The notes beneath the pieces were generated by a model. It saw nothing but the letters and a program-made list of their open reading frames with translations. It was not told the origin of the DNA and did not search any database. Shown here piece after piece: positions 58,170 through 64,000 of a stretch of DNA of 64,000 nucleotides; the first letter of the stretch is position 1, and the number at the start of each line of letters is the position of its first letter. The DNA is from an uncultured Acidobacteriota bacterium. Its GTDB lineage: Bacteria; Acidobacteriota; Thermoanaerobaculia; UBA5066. Position numbers and translations under genes: made by a program. Location: positions 2,016,021-2,080,020 of the forward strand of contig CAWIIN010000002.1 in the NCBI GenBank assembly GCA_963836285.1, written 5' to 3'.

Positions 58170-58532
58170 TCAGCGCCGGCCGCCTCGGCGCGTGCGCCCG
58201 AGGATCGCGTCGGCCTTCTGCCGCGCGTCGCGCTCGACGCCGTCGCAGACGATCGAGCAGATCTTCAGAAGCGTCGGATCGGCGATCCGGTACACGGTGC
58301 GCGTGCCGTCCTTGCGCCGCTCGACGAGCGCGGATCCGTGCAGGACCGAGAGATGCTTGCTCACGTTCGCCTGCGTGCCGCCGACCTCCTCGAGGATCTC
58401 GCCGACGGACGCCTCGCCCTGGAAGAGCCGCCTCAGGATCTTGAGGCGCATGGGCTCGGAGAGCGCCCGGAAGCGCATCGCGACCTCTTCGCAGCCCGCG
58501 TCCGTCAGCGGGAGGTGCGCATGGATCGCCAT
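58170..58532 (-). CDS. ArsR/SmtB-family repressor with C-terminal CxxxC
   Basis: RFRALSEPMRLKIL, QANVSKHL, RRKDG..TVY, KICSIVC. ATG at 58532. Confidence 0.9.
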   Translation of the reverse strand: MAIHAHLPLTDAGCEEVAMRFRALSEPMRLKILRRLFQGEASVGEILEEVGGTQANVSKHLSVLHGSALVERRKDGTRTVYRIADPTLLKICSIVCDGVERDARQKADAILGRTRRGGRR

Positions 58533-58563
58533 ATGACGATCATGGGCCGGCCCCCCGGGGGGG

Positions 58564-59085
58564 TCAATGATGCCGATTGAGGGGGGAACCGGGGGATCGG
58601 CGGCGGGCCCTCGGGCCACCGGCCGGCGCGGACTCCTCGAGGAGCGCCACCGCCATGGCCGCGAGGAGGTCGGCGGCGGGCTGGAGGCGGCTCGCGGGAA
58701 TCCCGGCGAGGACGCGCGCGACGACGGCCTCGACCGTGCCCGTGGACGGCGCGTCGAGCTTCCGGCCGCGGGGGGTGAGCTCGAGACGCGTCCGGCGCCG
58801 GTCCCGGGGGTCGTGGGTGCGGTGAACGAGCTCGCGCCGCTCGAGGCGGTGAAGGATTCCCGTCAGCGTGCTCGGGTGCAGCCGGAGAATCTCCGCGAGG
58901 GTGCCCGCGGAAATTCCCGGTCTGCGGCCGAGCACCCGGAGCGTCACCCGCTGCGGGCCGGTGAGCCCGAACGAGGATTGCATTCGCTTCGAGAGGGACT
59001 GCAGCCCGTGATCGAGCGCCCAGATGAGGCGCATGAACTCGAGGACCCTCCCGAAGCGCTTCTCCGATGCGGGCGTCGCCGCCAT
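58564..59085 (-). CDS. MarR-family regulator
   Basis: GLTGPQ, LHPSTLTGILHRLE, DPRDRRR..LELT..G. Confidence 0.9.
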   Translation of the reverse strand: MAATPASEKRFGRVLEFMRLIWALDHGLQSLSKRMQSSFGLTGPQRVTLRVLGRRPGISAGTLAEILRLHPSTLTGILHRLERRELVHRTHDPRDRRRTRLELTPRGRKLDAPSTGTVEAVVARVLAGIPASRLQPAADLLAAMAVALLEESAPAGGPRARRRSPGSPLNRHH

Positions 59086-59160
59086 GGGACGATGATCGCA
59101 CGGATATTAATTTGACCTCAAACAAAAAATGCGGGAGACTCCACGAGAAAGGAGCAACGA

Positions 59161-59715
59161 ATGTCTCCGCACATCCGGCCTCTTCCCCTCGCCGCGCTCG
59201 CCGCCGGCCTCCTTGCCGCCGCCGCCTGCTCTTCGAAGCCGCCGGTGAAGGCGACGGCGCCCGAGCCCACGCCGACGCCCACGGAGGTCCGGCTCGAGCC
59301 CACGCCGGCGCCGACGCCGGCGCTGCCGCGGGTCGCGGAGGACGTGCTTCCGAATTCGGTCGACGAGATCAACCGTCGCGGGTACCTCAAGGACGCGTTC
59401 TTCGAGCTCGACAGGTACGCGATCGAGGCCGCCCAGCGGGACGCCCTCGCCGGGGACGCGACGTGGCTGAAGGCGCACCCCACCGTGCGTGCGACAATCG
59501 AGGGGCATTGCGATGAGCGTGGAACGTCGGACTACAACATGGCCCTCGGGGAGCGTCGGGCGGCCGCGGCGCGGGACTACCTCGCGAGCCTCGGGGTCGA
59601 CGCGACGCGGCTCCGAACCATCTCGTACGGCAAGGAGCGCCCGTTTGCGACAGGCCACGATGAGTCGGCCTGGGCCCAGAACCGGCGGGCGCACTTCGTC
59701 GTGACGGCACGCTGA
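59161..59715 (+). CDS. pal: Peptidoglycan-associated lipoprotein (OmpA-like domain)
   Basis: Lipobox AAAC, IEGHCDERGT..YNMALGERRA, ISYGKERP, WAQNRRA. Confidence 0.93.
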   Translation: MSPHIRPLPLAALAAGLLAAAACSSKPPVKATAPEPTPTPTEVRLEPTPAPTPALPRVAEDVLPNSVDEINRRGYLKDAFFELDRYAIEAAQRDALAGDATWLKAHPTVRATIEGHCDERGTSDYNMALGERRAAAARDYLASLGVDATRLRTISYGKERPFATGHDESAWAQNRRAHFVVTAR

Positions 59716-59717
59716 CG

Positions 59718-61166
59718 GTGCCTGCCGAGCAGCCGCCGCCGAGACTCGTCGACGAGACGCGCTGGTACACGGAGCACACGGCGCTCCTGATCAGCACGCT
59801 CAAGTGGACGATTCTCGGCGCCGTGGCCGGCCTCTGCGTCGGCTACGGGACGCGCGCCTTCCTGTGGTCGCTCGCGGCATCGGGGGAGTGGGTCAGGCGC
59901 GTCACGCCGGGCGGGATCCACCCGGCCTGGCTTCTGCCCCTGGCGCTTCCCGTCTGTGTGTTCCTGATCCGCACGTTCGCGCCGACGGCGCGGGGGCACG
60001 GAACGGAGGCCGTCATCGCGGCGATCCATCGCGACTCGGGACGGATACCGTGGAAGGTCGCGCCGATCAAGCTCCTCGCGACCGTCGTGACGCTCATGTT
60101 CGGCGGCTCGGTCGGCAAGGAAGGGCCCTGCGCCCAGATCGGCGCGGCGATCTCGAGCTTTTTCGCGGACATCCTGCGTCTGAACAACGAGGACCGCCGC
60201 CGGCTCGTGATCTGCGGAATCGGCGGCGGATTCGCCGCCGTGTTCGGCACGCCGATCTCCGGGGCGCTCTTCGGGATCGAGGTGCTCTACCTCGGACGGA
60301 TCGAGTACGCGGTTCTCTTCCCGTGCCTCGTCTCCGGGATCGTCGCTCACCTCGTCTGTGGGGTGCAGGCCCCGGTGCCGGCCCTCCTCGGCGGTATCGG
60401 CGCCCTCGGACACTCCGAGCTCGTGGGCCTCTCGATCGTTTTCGGGGCGGTGTTCGGCCTCGTCGCGCTCCTCCTGATCGAGACGATGCGTGGGATCGAG
60501 CACGGCCTGCGCCGATTCGAGAATCACCCGTACCTCGTCGCGGCCGCGGGGGGAGTCTTCCTCGCCATCTTCTATGGTGTCGTCGGCGACGAATACGCGG
60601 GGCTCGGCATCCCGACGATCGAGAGCGCGCTCGCGGCCACCGGGTCGATCGCGATCCTGGCCTTTCTGTGGAAGATCGTCGCGACGGCCGTGACGCTCGA
60701 GTCCGGCGGAAGCGGGGGAATCGTGACGCCGCTCTTCTTCATCGGGGCCACGAGCGGCGCGGCCCTCGCAAGGCTCCTGCACCTCCCGCCCGGCCTCTTC
60801 GCGGCGTTCGGGTTCGTGAGCGTCGTGGCCGGTGCCGCGAACACGCCGATCGCGGCTGCCGTCATGGGCATCGAGCTGCTCCCGCGGGAAGTGGGCGTCT
60901 ACGCGGCTCTCGCCGCGGGCACGGCGTTTCTCCTCGTCGGGCACCGGAGCGTCTATGCGAGCCAGAAGATCGGGCTCTCGAAGTCCGCGGGGCTGAACGT
61001 GCGGATGGACGTCGACATCGGCGATCTCACGCGCTCGGGCATGCAGATCCGTCCGGGGAGCCTGCTCGAGCGGGTCCAGCGCGCGTCGGCCCGGCCGGGC
61101 CCGCGTCGGCCGGGCGAAGCCCCGCCCGAGAGCGGGTCCGACCCGGGGCCCGGGGCCCCCTCCTGA
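59718..61166 (+). CDS. ClC-family chloride channel/antiporter
   Basis: GHGTE, GGSVGKEGP, FGTPISGALF, GGIVTPLF, ANTPIAA. Confidence 0.93.
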   Translation: MPAEQPPPRLVDETRWYTEHTALLISTLKWTILGAVAGLCVGYGTRAFLWSLAASGEWVRRVTPGGIHPAWLLPLALPVCVFLIRTFAPTARGHGTEAVIAAIHRDSGRIPWKVAPIKLLATVVTLMFGGSVGKEGPCAQIGAAISSFFADILRLNNEDRRRLVICGIGGGFAAVFGTPISGALFGIEVLYLGRIEYAVLFPCLVSGIVAHLVCGVQAPVPALLGGIGALGHSELVGLSIVFGAVFGLVALLLIETMRGIEHGLRRFENHPYLVAAAGGVFLAIFYGVVGDEYAGLGIPTIESALAATGSIAILAFLWKIVATAVTLESGGSGGIVTPLFFIGATSGAALARLLHLPPGLFAAFGFVSVVAGAANTPIAAAVMGIELLPREVGVYAALAAGTAFLLVGHRSVYASQKIGLSKSAGLNVRMDVDIGDLTRSGMQIRPGSLLERVQRASARPGPRRPGEAPPESGSDPGPGAPS

Positions 61167-61211
61167 GCGCCCCGGCCGGCGGCAACGCCCGACGGCGTCG
61201 CCGCCGCGGCG

Positions 61212-61667
61212 TCAGGGCTTCTCGGCGGGCTTCGCGACCTTGAAGGGGAGCGTCTTGGACAGCGCGTCGCCGATGAAGAGCTCGACGCGGTAGGAACCGG
61301 TCGGCCAGCCGTTCGCGGGCTTCAGCGCGGGAATCGCGCCCATGAACTCGCCCTTCTCCGAGATCGTCGCCGTCTTCTCGAGCAGCTTCGTCTTCGTGTC
61401 GACGCCCTCGATTCCGTCGGCCCAGAAGACGACCTTGACCTTCGCCGGTCCCGCCGCGACGATCCGGTAGATCGCGTAGATTGCGGGGGCATCCGGGTTG
61501 AAGACGGTCTTCTCGTCCCGCGAGTACTTGTCGCCTGTGAGCATGGCGACCTTGAACCACGTGCCGCCGTGAGCCGGCTCCTTCTCCTCGGCGCGCAGGT
61601 GCGCCGGGAGAGCGAGTCCGACCGCCACCGCGAGGAGAACCAGCGCCCTGTGCCACGTCCGTCGCAT
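61212..61667 (-). CDS. Hypothetical secreted beta-rich protein
   Basis: Signal peptide; P.NGWPTGSYRVELFIG motif; host-like codon usage. Confidence 0.75.
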   Translation of the reverse strand: MRRTWHRALVLLAVAVGLALPAHLRAEEKEPAHGGTWFKVAMLTGDKYSRDEKTVFNPDAPAIYAIYRIVAAGPAKVKVVFWADGIEGVDTKTKLLEKTATISEKGEFMGAIPALKPANGWPTGSYRVELFIGDALSKTLPFKVAKPAEKP

Positions 61668-61724
61668 CTCTTTGCATCTCCTTGGATCAAGTGTAGTGCG
61701 CGCGAGTCCCCGTGGCCAGCGGAG

Positions 61725-64000
61725 TCATTCCTGCCGAACGGTCGCCGCGAGCGGCAGGAACTGCAGCCGGTAGAGCACCTGCAGGTAGCGTTTTGTCTCC
61801 TCGCGCTGGAGGTCCGTCACGAACTTCCAGAAGCCGTAGATCCGCGAGAGCGTCATGACGCGCGCGGCGTAGCTCGTCCACGTGTAGCGGGCGGCCACGC
61901 GCGCGAGAGCCTCGCGCGAGATGCGCTCCCACCTCCCGGGATCCGTCGCGCAGCGCTCGAGGAACTCCGCGATCGCGGCCGCGGCCTGGTCGCCCGCGAG
62001 CGGGTCGATGTGGAAGCCGGACCTGCCGTTCTGGATGATCTCCGACGGGCCACCGTGGCGCGTCGCGAAGGTCGGCAGGCCGGACGCCATCGCCTCGACG
62101 ACCGTGAGGCCGAAGGCTTCGAAGAGCGCGGGCTGGACGAAAACGCCCCGCCGGTCCGCGATCCAGCGGTAGAGCTCGCCCGCGAGGTTCCGTTCGAGGC
62201 GCATGCCGAGCCACCGGACCGAGTCGCCGAGGCCGTGCTCGTCGAAGAGGGCGTGCATCCGCTCGATCTGGGCCCGCTCCTCGTGGTCGGACGACGCGGC
62301 CGGATCGAGGCTGCCGCCGACGACGAAGAGGTTCGCGATCCGCCTCAGGGGCTCCGAACGCGCGTACCACTCCACGAGCCCGGCGAGGTTCTTGACGCGG
62401 TCGAGCCGCGCCATCGTGAAGATGATCGGCTTGCCCTTCTCCGCGAGGCGGCCCCGGGCGGACGGGAGCGGATCGTCGCCGAGGACGAGCGCCTCGATCC
62501 GGGGCGTCAGGCTCGTGAGGCGGCGCGCGGAGTCCGAGTACGGGAAGTAGACGTCGGCGTCCGCGCCCGGCGACACGATGTTGAACTTCGGGTCGAACAC
62601 GTCGATCCCGTTCACGACGCGGAAGAGGTCGGGCATCGTGAACGACTGGTAGCTCTCGTACTGCCCGACGGTCTCCTCGGTTCCCGCGATCTCCTGGAAC
62701 GTGCTCGTGATGATGAAGTCCGCCGCGTTCATCGTGATGAGGTCCGCGGTGTACTGGCACGAGAAGTGGTACTGGGGCTCGAGTTCCTTCCAGTGCAGCG
62801 CCGAGAGGAGGTACTTCGTTTTTTCGAGGGCGTGGGCGACGTGGCATTGCGTCACCCCGAGCCTCTTCGAGAGGAGGGTCGCGACGAGTCCGCCGTCGGA
62901 ATAGTTTCCGATCACGAGGTCGGGCCGCCCGCCGAGCTCCGTCGGCGCCTCGCGCTCGACCTCGCGTGCGAAGCGCTCGAGATAGGGCCAGAGATGAAAG
63001 CGCGAGATCCAGTGCGGGAGGATCTCCCCGCTCGGCTTGCGGAAGGGGATGCGCAGGATGTGTGTGGACTGGCACCCCGCGACCCGCTCGAGGCGCTGCC
63101 CGCACGTCGTGCCGGCGGAATCCGGGATGAGCCGGGTCACGATGAGGATGCGGGGCTCGACGGCGACGCCCTGGCCCGAGAGCCGGGCGCGCATTTCCTT
63201 CTCGAGGGCCCGCACCTGGTCGAGGATGTAGACGACCTGGCCGCCCGTGTCCGGAAGGCCGAGCACCCCGTCCTGGCCGAAGAAGCCGTGCGGCGAGACC
63301 ACGAGGACGCGGGAGATCATCGGGATCCGGGCGAGGAACGTCTCGAGGGCGCCCGGCGACGGCGCCTCGAACAGATCGGAGAGAAGGCCCATCGTCTCCG
63401 CCGCGCGGGCGGCCGTGTCGCCCCAGCCCGGTGCGAAGCCCAGCCGACCGAGCATCCCCTCGAACGCGGCCCACGGCGTGTCCTCGGGCAGCGCCTCCAC
63501 CGCGAGGATCGCCCGACGCAGCGTCGCACGAAGCGCCGCCGTCGTCGGGAACCGGCGCTGGAGGAGCATCTGCTGCCCGTCGATCGCGTGGAGCCCGAGG
63601 AACTCGTGGAGCTTCTCTCCGCCCTTCTCGGCGTCGTTGAACATCCGGCTCGCGAGCTGCCGGTTCAGGAAGGCGAGGCCCTGCCCGACCGAGCGCGGCT
63701 CGGTCAGCTTCGGGAAGTCCCGGTTGAACGGGCCGAAGTCGATCTCGAGGATGCCGTTGTCGCCGGCCCCTCCGGTGACGAGCGCCTCCTTGAACCCGAG
63801 AAAGTCCGCGACGGGGATCTCCTCGGGGACGAGCCGCTCGCGGTGGATGCGGACGTAACGCCAGCGGCCGAGGGCCTCCCGGAGGGAGAAGTGGAACCAC
63901 GGGTCGCGGATCTCCGCTTCCTGCGCGGCCCGCGCGAAGTCCGCGAGCGGTGTCGTGTCGAGATCGACCTTGTCGTACGCCGCCCGGACCTCCTCGTAGC
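61725..64000 (-). CDS. Sucrose synthase (GT4); the 5' end lies beyond the window
   Basis: Frame open to the window edge ([13 protein letters not shown]...GQGLAFLNR); [64 protein letters not shown]. Confidence 0.95.
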   Translation of the reverse strand, partial: YEEVRAAYDKVDLDTTPLADFARAAQEAEIRDPWFHFSLREALGRWRYVRIHRERLVPEEIPVADFLGFKEALVTGGAGDNGILEIDFGPFNRDFPKLTEPRSVGQGLAFLNRQLASRMFNDAEKGGEKLHEFLGLHAIDGQQMLLQRRFPTTAALRATLRRAILAVEALPEDTPWAAFEGMLGRLGFAPGWGDTAARAAETMGLLSDLFEAPSPGALETFLARIPMISRVLVVSPHGFFGQDGVLGLPDTGGQVVYILDQVRALEKEMRARLSGQGVAVEPRILIVTRLIPDSAGTTCGQRLERVAGCQSTHILRIPFRKPSGEILPHWISRFHLWPYLERFAREVEREAPTELGGRPDLVIGNYSDGGLVATLLSKRLGVTQCHVAHALEKTKYLLSALHWKELEPQYHFSCQYTADLITMNAADFIITSTFQEIAGTEETVGQYESYQSFTMPDLFRVVNGIDVFDPKFNIVSPGADADVYFPYSDSARRLTSLTPRIEALVLGDDPLPSARGRLAEKGKPIIFTMARLDRVKNLAGLVEWYARSEPLRRIANLFVVGGSLDPAASSDHEERAQIERMHALFDEHGLGDSVRWLGMRLERNLAGELYRWIADRRGVFVQPALFEAFGLTVVEAMASGLPTFATRHGGPSEIIQNGRSGFHIDPLAGDQAAAAIAEFLERCATDPGRWERISREALARVAARYTWTSYAARVMTLSRIYGFWKFVTDLQREETKRYLQVLYRLQFLPLAATVRQE

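Overview
Very GC-rich bacterial DNA; the GWxTD-VWA gene and overall content suggest an Acidobacteriota, possibly Thermoanaerobaculia (inference). Bases 1-29 kb are mostly housekeeping genes: carB start, comEA, aspartate kinase-thrB-thrC, a cysteine desulfurase, Maf, ade, corA, an ECF sigma/anti-sigma pair, a topoisomerase II subunit A and ispH. They are interrupted by a lower-GC islet (~11.2-15.5 kb) with IS21/IS3 remnants and a secreted HExxH protease, and carry 5-6 copies of an imperfect palindromic repeat, several lying in frame inside genes. Bases ~29-58.5 kb form a large sulfur/selenium/metalloid redox region with four parts. (1) A sigma-54 activator and an octaheme tetrathionate-reductase/cytochrome b/YeeE module. 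(2) An ArsP-ArsR-thioredoxin-CcdA operon. (3) A LysR-linked cluster resembling the Geobacter ext (selenite/tellurite reduction) porin-cytochrome operon, but carrying a PsrA/PhsA-type Mo-enzyme module. (4) An ArsR-PLP enzyme-methyltransferase operon containing a hidden 57-codon ORF with an in-frame UGA and a SECIS-like hairpin (candidate small selenoprotein, absent from the ORF track). The window ends with MarR, Pal, a ClC channel and a partial sucrose synthase. Several frameshifts, including one in the topoisomerase gene, suggest indel errors in the assembly. All calls come from motif recognition only; no searches were run.
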